From a virus (taxonomy: Duplodnaviria > Caudoviricetes), in IMG/VR virus record IMGVR_UViG_3300005527_000256, positions 1 to 26,166 of that record: 26,166 nt of DNA; one strand, written 5' to 3'. Under the pieces are notes generated by a model. That model ran no database searches. It saw nothing but the letters and a program-made list of their open reading frames with translations, and was not told the origin of the DNA. Positions 1 through 7,677 of this stretch are shown here, piece after piece; within the stretch, counting starts at the first letter, position 1, and each line of letters begins with the position of its first letter. The position numbers and the translations under genes were made by a program.

Positions 1-1363
1 AATTATTAATTTTTGTTTCATCATATGTAGTTTTACACAACTTATAAAAATCAGTATATTCAGGAAACACTTCTAAGAGATTAGTTTCCAATCTACGATC
101 ATTTTCTGTAAAAAACGAATAAAAATCTCGACGGCCTTGACGAATCTTTTCTTCACTTACTGGATTTTCTCGCATGTAATCCGTAACTCTTTTAAACTTT
201 TCATATTCGATTTCTGTGAAGTAATCTTGGTTATCTTTAATAAATTCAAGATTAGAATCCATGTACTGCAAGAAATCATCTGTTAATATGTTAATCATCC
301 AGTGAGGCGGTTCTTTCAAATATGGCATGTCTAAACTGATTGCTTGTTTTCCATATTTCTTTCGCCACTCAATGCATTTCTCTAAGAGAGATCGGAAATT
401 AGTTACGCATAGTACATTAAATGTAATCATGAAATTAACTGATATTCCTAGCTGTTCGATGGCCTGTGTCATATTTCTTTCCCAGTGATCACACTGCAAC
501 CCCGTACGCATATATTCTGCTTGTGGTCCCCACGAATCTATACTGGTAAACAAACTAAAAGATTTAATCTTTTTTTGAGTTATCAAGCTGTTAACTCTAG
601 TATACAAACTATCGACTTTTTCAAATGTTACACCTAAGTTACTGTTAATACTTACTTCTAGGTTAGGTGCCGGTTCATTTTCTAATAGTTTAAAAAACTG
701 CATAGCTCCTGGATTCATTAGAGGTTCTCCGCCAGTAATTCTTAAAGTATGCAAATCATTTTTTAAACTAGGCCACCATTTCCAAAACGCTTCAATATAA
801 GGATTTTCTTCCTTAGGTGCATAGTATGTTCCTGTTTTTAGAAACTCAATACCGTATTGATTATAGGTTAAATCATAATTTCCGTGCTTTTTAATTTCTT
901 CCATCCACATCGAACTGGCTTGGGGGCCACAATATCCGCAACGATAATTGCAACCATTACCAAAACTAATTTCGAGATATCTAGGATTGATTGGAGCGTC
1001 CCAAGGAAGTTCTGCTATTTTTTCAATTATAGGTTCGCTAAATGTACTTGAACTATGTAACATTCTGTCACTGATATGATCGCCGTCTAGATCTTCAATA
1101 TTCCAACAGTAGTAACATTCCTGAGGACGCTCACCCTCTAACATTTTTTTACGTTGTTCTTTTTTCCACTTGGTATTGTGTAATGCCGACACATCTACTG
1201 CGATTTCATCTAGACCAATGTGATGTGGACGAGGATGATAGCAACTGTGGTTATCTCCCGTATGAAGATAAAGCGTTTGGTGTAACCACTTCATTGTACA
1301 AAAGCTAGGACTCACTGCATTTAATCTATCTCTAACATCTTTTACAAATTGTATTCTATTCAT
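1..1363 (-). CDS. Radical SAM protein with N-terminal twitch (auxiliary Fe-S) domain; stop codon lies beyond the left edge
   Basis: Not in the ORF track; translated by hand from ATG at 1363: MNRIQFVKDVRDRLNAVSPSFCTMKWLHQTLYLHTGDNHSCYHPRPHH...RPQECYYCWNIED...RYLEISFGNGCNYRCGYCGPQASSMW...LRITGGEPL...FFTENDRRLETNLLEVFPEY...ETKINN. It has a CxxxCxxC motif, a GGEP motif and an N-terminal C-x18-C-x41-C-x2-C. It spans 454 codons to position 2 and is collinear with the neighbouring paralogue in the segments I translated. Confidence 0.92.
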   Translation of the reverse strand, partial: MNRIQFVKDVRDRLNAVSPSFCTMKWLHQTLYLHTGDNHSCYHPRPHHIGLDEIAVDVSALHNTKWKKEQRKKMLEGERPQECYYCWNIEDLDGDHISDRMLHSSSTFSEPIIEKIAELPWDAPINPRYLEISFGNGCNYRCGYCGPQASSMWMEEIKKHGNYDLTYNQYGIEFLKTGTYYAPKEENPYIEAFWKWWPSLKNDLHTLRITGGEPLMNPGAMQFFKLLENEPAPNLEVSINSNLGVTFEKVDSLYTRVNSLITQKKIKSFSLFTSIDSWGPQAEYMRTGLQCDHWERNMTQAIEQLGISVNFMITFNVLCVTNFRSLLEKCIEWRKKYGKQAISLDMPYLKEPPHWMINILTDDFLQYMDSNLEFIKDNQDYFTEIEYEKFKRVTDYMRENPVSEEKIRQGRRDFYSFFTENDRRLETNLLEVFPEYTDFYKLCKTTYDETKINN

Positions 1364-2771
1364 TTTGTCCCTTGCTTTGAATCCACAGATTATTTAATTC
1401 AGGAAAAGTTTTTTGAAAATCAGTTCCTCTTCTTCGATCGTGTTCTAAAAAATAAAGATAAAAGTTTTTAATAGCTATTTTGTCATCAAACGGAGTTAGC
1501 GTAATCCAATCAATTAACCGTTGTACTTTACTAATTTCGTAATCTTTGAAACCTTTAAATCTATTGCTTTCAGTTTCTTTATTCTGTTGCATGAACCAAA
1601 TAGAGTCTTCAAGCACAGTGATCATGTCTTTGGCCATCCTAGGATCCATCCAATTAGGACTTGATAACTGTGGAATATCAAACCATATTAATTGTCTATC
1701 TACATTGAACTCGTTTCTTAGTGCGTGGATATTTTTTACATACTCTAACCAGCCTGAAAAACTTAAAACATTAAATGTTACAATAAATGTCAAACTGTGC
1801 TTTTTTCCCTTGATTAAATATTCTCTAATGTTTTTATTAAGAGTTTCAAAGTGTAATCCGTCTCTAATATATTCTGCTTGAGGACCCCAGCTGTCTAAAC
1901 TACAGAATAACATGAAATGGTCAATAGCAGAAGAAACACCATCTAATTCATTTATAAACTTATTCCATTGATCTCCGGGCGGACAACAATTACTGGTTAT
2001 GCTTAGATGCAAATCTTTTTTAGGATTATTCTTAACATAATCAAACATGTGAAACGTGTTCTTGTCCATTAACGGTTCTCCGCCTGTCATACGGAATGTT
2101 TGTAATGTTGGATAAATTGTAGGCAACCATTTCCAAAACGCCAGTAAGTAAGGATTATCAGGACTGTTATTTGGCATGGATTTATCTTTCATCCACGTCA
2201 AATCATTGTGAGTTCTGTCTGTTAATTTATACGGACCATTTCTTTCAATATCTTGTTGCCAAGCTGTACTAAGATGAGGACTACAATAAGTACATCTAAA
2301 ATTACAGGCTTGATTAAAATTGACTTCAACATACCTAGGTTTAGGATTTCCTTGATGCCCAAGTGCTATTGCTTCTCTAATTAATCCTGGACGCCAGCTA
2401 TCTAAACTGCGGTAGGGCCTATCACTGAGATTATTTCCGCTATCTTCTATTTCCCAACAAAAATTGCATTCTGAAGGCCTAGTACCTTCTAGCATTTTTT
2501 TGCGCTGTTCTTTTTTATATTTTGTATTGTGTAATGCACCTACGTCAATTTTGATTTCTTCTATAGGAACGTGGTGGCTTTTTGGATGATAACAACTATG
2601 AGTTTGACCTGTAGGAATGTGTATGCTTACATTATACCATTTGGCTAGACAAAAACTTGGACTAACTTTGTTTAATTCAGACAACATGTGTTCTGATTTG
2701 TGCATATAGACAGATTCAAATTTTCCATTTATAATTTTTACTTCGTCGCCTTTGATATTATTATCTGCCAT
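1356..2771 (-). CDS. Radical SAM protein with N-terminal twitch (auxiliary Fe-S) domain
   Basis: Motifs are CNFRCTYC (CxxxCxxC), FRMTGGEPL and an N-terminal C-x18-C-x41-C-x2-C. The start is more likely the ATG at 2771 (MADNNIKG), overlapping the upstream gene by 11 nt, than the non-ATG codon at 2798. Confidence 0.92.
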   Translation of the reverse strand: MADNNIKGDEVKIINGKFESVYMHKSEHMLSELNKVSPSFCLAKWYNVSIHIPTGQTHSCYHPKSHHVPIEEIKIDVGALHNTKYKKEQRKKMLEGTRPSECNFCWEIEDSGNNLSDRPYRSLDSWRPGLIREAIALGHQGNPKPRYVEVNFNQACNFRCTYCSPHLSTAWQQDIERNGPYKLTDRTHNDLTWMKDKSMPNNSPDNPYLLAFWKWLPTIYPTLQTFRMTGGEPLMDKNTFHMFDYVKNNPKKDLHLSITSNCCPPGDQWNKFINELDGVSSAIDHFMLFCSLDSWGPQAEYIRDGLHFETLNKNIREYLIKGKKHSLTFIVTFNVLSFSGWLEYVKNIHALRNEFNVDRQLIWFDIPQLSSPNWMDPRMAKDMITVLEDSIWFMQQNKETESNRFKGFKDYEISKVQRLIDWITLTPFDDKIAIKNFYLYFLEHDRRRGTDFQKTFPELNNLWIQSKGQNE

Positions 2772-4119
2772 TTTCAAATTTATCCTTAAGCCAATCAAAA
2801 TCGTTAATTTTAGCCAATGCCTGTAAATTTCCTATATTGTTTTCTCCGTATTTTTTCCCTTCTATTGCACCGTCTATGGCATACTCACCGTATTTGTTTT
2901 CTATTCCTTCTGTGCACCAAATTTGTAATCTATGATCAGTTTCCTTATCATAATATCTATCAATTACATTGCTAGATAATTTTACGCATTCTCTAAATGC
3001 ACTTCTCCACGTAGTAAAAGGATCTGTATTAAACTGTGTGATATTACTAACCGTAGGTATAACTTTAAAGTTGTTACTTATAGAAGTTGTCATGTCTGGT
3101 GTTGTTAGATCCATGTTCAGTGTTAGTTTTTTAGGAAATAGCTTTACACCACCGTACCCATAAGTTAATCCGTTAATAGGATTTTGACTTTTCCATACAT
3201 GTACAGTTTCGTTAAAGTGATTTCTTTCTTGCAGATTGTAATAGGGAATTTGCGGCATTGTAAATTCGAAATTTTCTAATACTTGTGCATCTCCATCGAC
3301 TATCCAAAACATTTCTGATGTAGATTCCTTGGCCGCTTGTAAGTGTGCCTGATGTATTCCTTTTACACCGTGTATTCTTTTAGCAGACGAAACTCTTGTT
3401 AACAATGTTTTATAATTTTCATCTGCATTGGATTCATTATAAGAAATAAAAAATATATCAAATATTCGAGGAATTGACGCAACTATATCTATTTCTTTTT
3501 TTTCTACATAGAATCTATTTTCAAATTCTCGTTGTGTGACCTTGACTGTTCTTGGAAAAATACAGATACCGTCAAAGAACTTTCCGTTTTTAAATACGTG
3601 AGGAATATGCTGTTCATACTTAGGAACTTTAAAATCAAATTTAAATTTAGAATTTACAACAACTTCTTTCCAGACAACCCAAAACATATCAGTTGTTGCA
3701 GTTTCTATAGCATTTAAATATTCATCATACGTGTCTATATAAAATATATCATATGGTTTAGGATGCGATGCTACAATATCTATTTCTTTTTTTCCGTTAA
3801 CAACAAATCTGTTTTCAAATTCTCGTTGGCTAATATTAGCTGTTTTAGAAATTAAACAAACTCCGTCAAAGAATTCACCGTTTTTAAATACGTGAATGTA
3901 ATCGTTATCCCATTCAGGCACTTTATAAGAAAAATCAAAAGATTCATCAACTAATAAATCTTCCCAAATTATCCAAAAAAACTTGGTAAATGCTTTTGAT
4001 TTTATTTGATCAAAAGATGTTACATTATCTATTTTTTGTGATCGTGGATATCTTTTTTTAAAAGTTTGCCATTGGTTGTTGCATACTACAGATTTGCTTA
4101 CAAGAAAAATATCATACAT
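2761..4119 (-). CDS. GT-A fold (GT2-like) glycosyltransferase with two degenerate N-terminal repeat domains
   Basis: The C-terminal domain DIFFISYNESNADENY...HGVKGIHQAHLQAA...FWIVDGDA (DxD motif)...GYGGVKLFP...WRSAFRECVKL is paralogous to 4112..5014. Two N-terminal copies of a related unit lack the DxD motif. Confidence 0.7.
   Translation of the reverse strand: MYDIFLVSKSVVCNNQWQTFKKRYPRSQKIDNVTSFDQIKSKAFTKFFWIIWEDLLVDESFDFSYKVPEWDNDYIHVFKNGEFFDGVCLISKTANISQREFENRFVVNGKKEIDIVASHPKPYDIFYIDTYDEYLNAIETATTDMFWVVWKEVVVNSKFKFDFKVPKYEQHIPHVFKNGKFFDGICIFPRTVKVTQREFENRFYVEKKEIDIVASIPRIFDIFFISYNESNADENYKTLLTRVSSAKRIHGVKGIHQAHLQAAKESTSEMFWIVDGDAQVLENFEFTMPQIPYYNLQERNHFNETVHVWKSQNPINGLTYGYGGVKLFPKKLTLNMDLTTPDMTTSISNNFKVIPTVSNITQFNTDPFTTWRSAFRECVKLSSNVIDRYYDKETDHRLQIWCTEGIENKYGEYAIDGAIEGKKYGENNIGNLQALAKINDFDWLKDKFENGR
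3463..4119 (-). repeat. Intragenic tandem duplication with ~294-bp period
   Basis: Exact DNA matches occur at a 294-bp offset: ttttcaaattctcgttg (3518/3812), ccgtcaaagaa (3569/3863) and ccgtttttaaatacgtga (3584/3878). The protein repeat is HVFKNG.FFDG.C...QREFENRF...KKEIDIVAS.P. Confidence 0.9.
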
Positions 4120-5014
4120 TTTTTAAATAGGTATTAGATAAATTCATTGTTTCTATATAAAGATCCAACGTATATTTGCTTTGATCAGCATCTAGCCAAG
4201 GCCAATGTAATCCTAATTGCGTACTTATTTTGTCACCTAAAGATTTTATTTCTTCAATTAGACCTTGATTGTTATCATCTTCATAAGGCTTTGCATAATC
4301 ATGATATATATCTTTTAATATTTCAAAATCTCTAACATCAATATAATTCCATTGAGTGCAATTTGCCAACCAAGTGCCGAGTCTAGCACCGTATACGGCA
4401 TATATACCATTTTCTTCATGTGCCCCCACAGTTGACCACATGCGCAGTCTATGTATATTATGCCACCACACACGTTCCTTGATTTCCATAGGAGGAACTT
4501 TTATTCCATCTAGTAAAGTCATTTTCACGCCCTCACGAAATCCTGCTCGCCATGCCTGGAACGGTGATCCTGTAATTACAGTTTCACTATAGCATTCTTT
4601 AAATTGACGATATCCATCTTCCCAACAAAAATCAACCTGGGCTCGTTCACTGTCGCTGGCTTCGTGAGTTTTCATGTTGAGAATGAAATCTTTCCGCCAA
4701 ATTTTTAATCCACCGTTACCATAGAGCAAACCATTTAATCTGTTTCTTCCTAGCCAGCTGTATACCTGAATTTTTGGATCAATGGTATCTATCTCAACGT
4801 TAAAAAATTTAGAATCTACAATGTTGTCAGCATCCACAGTAACCACCCAATCTGTTTCCGACAGTTCTGCGGCCTGTTTATGTGCTGCGTCCGATCCTTT
4901 TACGCCGTGTACACGTTTGGCCCAAGGCACCTTAGAACATAGATCTGCATAGTGAAGATCTGCATTGGGTTCGTCGTAGCTTAAAAAAACTATGTCAAGT
5001 TCAATTGTTTTCAT
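4112..5014 (-). CDS. GT-A fold (GT2-like) glycosyltransferase
   Basis: DIVFLSYDEPNAD...HGVKGSDAAHKQAAELSETDWVVTVDADNIV matches the GT2-type beta1...helix-beta4-DxD arrangement. It also has GNGGLKIWR and WRAGFREGVKM. Confidence 0.75.
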   Translation of the reverse strand: MKTIELDIVFLSYDEPNADLHYADLCSKVPWAKRVHGVKGSDAAHKQAAELSETDWVVTVDADNIVDSKFFNVEIDTIDPKIQVYSWLGRNRLNGLLYGNGGLKIWRKDFILNMKTHEASDSERAQVDFCWEDGYRQFKECYSETVITGSPFQAWRAGFREGVKMTLLDGIKVPPMEIKERVWWHNIHRLRMWSTVGAHEENGIYAVYGARLGTWLANCTQWNYIDVRDFEILKDIYHDYAKPYEDDNNQGLIEEIKSLGDKISTQLGLHWPWLDADQSKYTLDLYIETMNLSNTYLKNV

Positions 5015-5591
5015 TTATAAAAATATATTTTTTAAAAAGTCGTCTAGAATAAACACTAAATTTTTTTGGGGAATCAATTTTTATTGAAAAATTTTCTTCA
5101 ATTAATTTACTGAGTTTTACTGTAAACATGTTATGCAAAACATTTGGATCATTGTAATCTGTAATAAAAAAATTCATTTCAGTTTCTCCGTTCCAAAAAA
5201 TGCGTTTTCCTTTTCTATACTTTTCATTTAAAATTATAGAAATAGTACTGTTATTATGTGTTATGTAGATATCTGCATCAGTAGTGTCAGACCATTTCGA
5301 ATCTACCACTCTGTGTAGTACATCGTCAATACTTGTCAATGATTTAATTTCTATAATTTCTAAATTGCCGGATTCTAAATCTACGTGGCAATTAAAAATA
5401 GAAGTTGTTCCGTCATTTATTGATTCTGCAGTCTCTTGATCAATTTCTATCTTATTTTTTATTGTATCTGCAGATGATCCTGGATATATTCCAAGAACTT
5501 TTCCGTTGTCGGGATCATATTTTGCCCAGTATTGTATTTTGGTAGCGTTGGCGATTTTGATCCATTCGTCAAAATCCATTAATTCTTCCAT
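5001..5591 (-). CDS. Hypothetical protein (N-terminus weakly resembles tail-fibre assembly proteins)
   Basis: A 196-aa ORF overlapping both neighbours (13 and 14 nt). No catalytic motif recognised. Confidence 0.7.
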   Translation of the reverse strand: MEELMDFDEWIKIANATKIQYWAKYDPDNGKVLGIYPGSSADTIKNKIEIDQETAESINDGTTSIFNCHVDLESGNLEIIEIKSLTSIDDVLHRVVDSKWSDTTDADIYITHNNSTISIILNEKYRKGKRIFWNGETEMNFFITDYNDPNVLHNMFTVKLSKLIEENFSIKIDSPKKFSVYSRRLFKKYIFINENN

Positions 5592-6418
5592 GCTATTTCC
5601 TCTAATATACTAATAACCTCGTCAGTTATTAGTTCTTTATTAACATAATGAATAATGTCTGTCTGTTGATAATTTCCTAATTTTATGTGTCCGTCGACGT
5701 TGAGATAGAATCCTATGTGATCAGTCCACTCATTGGCGGGCCAGGGCCAATTTTGCACCATTGGTTTCATATGAACTACTTTGGGGAATTCTAAATTATA
5801 ACTAATTTCATTTTCAATGCCTAACAGTTTAGCACTGAGAGCGAATGCTTCGTCGGTGCCAACAACTTTTGGTTTTCTGTTCGACAGGTAAAGATTAGAA
5901 AACTCTGTAGGATTTTTTATGATCCACCTACCTAAAGAAAAAAACTCTTCAACTAATTTTGAATCTTGTTTAAAAAAAGTGTAAAAACTATATAAATTTG
6001 GTAACGAATTATCTGTAAACGCTCTTCTATAAAAATCGTTAGTAATTAGTTCTCCTCGATATGTATATGCGTTAGGAGCAATGTATAGCTCAGAATTTTC
6101 TATAAAATAATCTATCCAATGACTGTAATCTCTAGTGAACAACATATCCGCATCTAGACAAACTGTATATTCAAAGGGAGATAATTTGTTCATCCACGAT
6201 CTTCCGTCCCAAAACGTTTCTTTATTCCATTCAATTACATGATCAAAAACCCATGGGCTTTTTAAATCTTTAATTTTTTTTGTGTCGTCAATTATTAATG
6301 CAACATGGCCATATCCATCTCTTTGAGTATTTTTAATGCTGAGAGCCAATGCATACGCTAATTTTAAATAGTCTATATTGTTGTTTGAAGATACTATTAT
6401 TAGATAACCAAAGTTCAT
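5579..6418 (-). CDS. GT-A fold glycosyltransferase (GT8/mannosyltransferase-like)
   Basis: Motifs are AYALALSIK, LSPFEYTVCLDADMLF (DxD), GTDEAFAL and a C-terminal VVHMKP, resembling the GT8 D(Q/E) and H-x-KP motifs. Confidence 0.72.
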   Translation of the reverse strand: MNFGYLIIVSSNNNIDYLKLAYALALSIKNTQRDGYGHVALIIDDTKKIKDLKSPWVFDHVIEWNKETFWDGRSWMNKLSPFEYTVCLDADMLFTRDYSHWIDYFIENSELYIAPNAYTYRGELITNDFYRRAFTDNSLPNLYSFYTFFKQDSKLVEEFFSLGRWIIKNPTEFSNLYLSNRKPKVVGTDEAFALSAKLLGIENEISYNLEFPKVVHMKPMVQNWPWPANEWTDHIGFYLNVDGHIKLGNYQQTDIIHYVNKELITDEVISILEEIAWKN

Positions 6419-7275
6419 AGTAACTCCAAAAGTTTTTTGCTGTTTCTAATAATGCTTTGTTTATTCATAATATGAATATCTCTATTCTTTGAAGCTGCTG
6501 CTATATATTTTTCTTGATTTAATAAATCGTTAATTAAAAAAGTTAATTTATCATTACTTACGTCGCACAAAATATCTTTATCTATTACAGTATTAATTGG
6601 CGGCAAACATATGTTATCTGTTTCTCTGTAACCATTTAGAATGTGTTTAGCTACTGAAAATGCAATATCGTTTCTAAACTGCAAGGGATTGAATCTATAA
6701 AGATCTGAGTAGTATTTGTAATTGATTTTTATGTGGTCAACCAAATCAAAAAATAATTTTGTTTCTGAATTTTTTGTAAACATTACTGTAGTGGCCCAAT
6801 ACATATGGATACCAGTTTCTGAAACATTTTTGTCTAATTCACCTACCCTGTCTCCTTTTATATCGTTCATGGAATGTGAAATTAATAAAGATTCATCAAC
6901 ATCCCAATACTGACCTAAATTGTCAGAAAATATTAAAAAATCGCTGTCTAGCAACAGTGTTCGATCATAAGGAGTTAATTCCCAAACAGAATGTCTATTT
7001 GAATTAATAAACGGTACTGTTGACGATTCCATGCCGTCACTTAATTTTCTTGTATTATTTGTCACTGGTCTGTCTACAATAATTATGTTTTCAAATATTT
7101 CTTTGGCTTTTGGTAAAGAGCCAAACTCATGCATCCAATCAACCGTTGATTTGTCTGTTACTAAAGATATTGGAACTTTTAAATTTTTTTTAGCAAGCCC
7201 GCCGGATATTAAAGCCAACAGACTGTAATCAATTTGTCTGTTATTGTGTGCAAATATTAGACATCCTTTTTTCAT
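6415..7275 (-). CDS. GT-A fold glycosyltransferase (GT8-like), paralogue of 5579..6418
   Basis: Motifs are PISLVTD, LTPYDRTLLLDSDFLI (DxD), WATTVMF and RNDIAFSVA. The sequence is collinear with 5579..6418. Confidence 0.7.
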   Translation of the reverse strand: MKKGCLIFAHNNRQIDYSLLALISGGLAKKNLKVPISLVTDKSTVDWMHEFGSLPKAKEIFENIIIVDRPVTNNTRKLSDGMESSTVPFINSNRHSVWELTPYDRTLLLDSDFLIFSDNLGQYWDVDESLLISHSMNDIKGDRVGELDKNVSETGIHMYWATTVMFTKNSETKLFFDLVDHIKINYKYYSDLYRFNPLQFRNDIAFSVAKHILNGYRETDNICLPPINTVIDKDILCDVSNDKLTFLINDLLNQEKYIAAASKNRDIHIMNKQSIIRNSKKLLELL

Positions 7276-7622
7276 AGATCTAACAATTTTTCAACGGAGC
7301 GAGATTTTTTTAAAGTTTCATGTTGTTCATAATATTCGTAAACAGCAGTAAAATATCTATCTAATATTTCTTCTTTAAACTCATTCATATTTTTAATCAA
7401 AATTGGAGTATCGTTTGAGTCTAGCAAAGGAACTTCTTCAATTCTTTCGCTATCAATTAGCAGCTGAACAAAATTGATTAGAGAGCGATCTATCTTGAAT
7501 ATTCCGCCATTATGACCGTAGGTCATCTTTGCATCAATTTTTTCTTTGAGCTGCTTACGCTGGATTGTGAGTGTTTGCCTGTAGTTTGAAAAATCTAAGG
7601 CTGCTTTTAAACGACCGTCCAT
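7272..7622 (-). CDS. Small protein, DUF4376/tail-fibre-assembly-chaperone-like
   Basis: A 116-aa ORF with a strong SD (AGGAGGT). The pattern NGGIFKID...LLDSNDTPI...SRSVEKLLDL resembles DUF4376-type proteins found next to tail-fibre genes. The CDS is secure; the family call is tentative. Confidence 0.55.
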   Translation of the reverse strand: MDGRLKAALDFSNYRQTLTIQRKQLKEKIDAKMTYGHNGGIFKIDRSLINFVQLLIDSERIEEVPLLDSNDTPILIKNMNEFKEEILDRYFTAVYEYYEQHETLKKSRSVEKLLDL

Positions 7623-7623
7623 G

Positions 7624-7675
7624 TTACCTCCTATAAAACACGCACATTATTTATGTACTGTGTTTCGAGAGGTAA
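7624..7675 (-). promoter_or_regulatory. RBS-sequestering RNA hairpin with a late-promoter motif (TAAATA, 7653..7648) in its loop
   Basis: The mRNA reads UUACCUC-UCG-AAACAC-A-GUACAU-[AAAUA]-AUGUGC-GUGUUU-UAUAG-GAGGUAA-C-AUG. This gives three stems of 7+6+6 bp (one G-U pair). The outer stem pairs the GAGGU Shine-Dalgarno of the gene starting at 7622. Confidence 0.8.
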
Positions 7676-7677
7676 AA

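Noticed and set aside
1391-1396. TAAATA about 28 nt upstream of the ATG at 1363 as an internal late promoter
   Set aside because: It lies in AT-rich coding sequence where the hexamer is expected by chance. It is possible but unsupported.
1-2771. RiPP maturase interpretation of the radical SAM pair
   Set aside because: No short precursor-peptide ORF or RRE/PqqD-like domain is visible in the window and the neighbours are glycosyltransferases. It cannot be excluded beyond the left edge.
2772-2798. Track start at 2798 for the radical SAM gene
   Set aside because: It is a non-ATG start buried 38 nt inside the upstream gene. The ATG at 2771 gives a short overlap like the other junctions in the cassette.
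7624-7675. Intrinsic terminator interpretation of the intergenic hairpin
   Set aside because: No U-tract follows the stem on the coding strand (it is followed directly by C-AUG), and the stem is long and interrupted.
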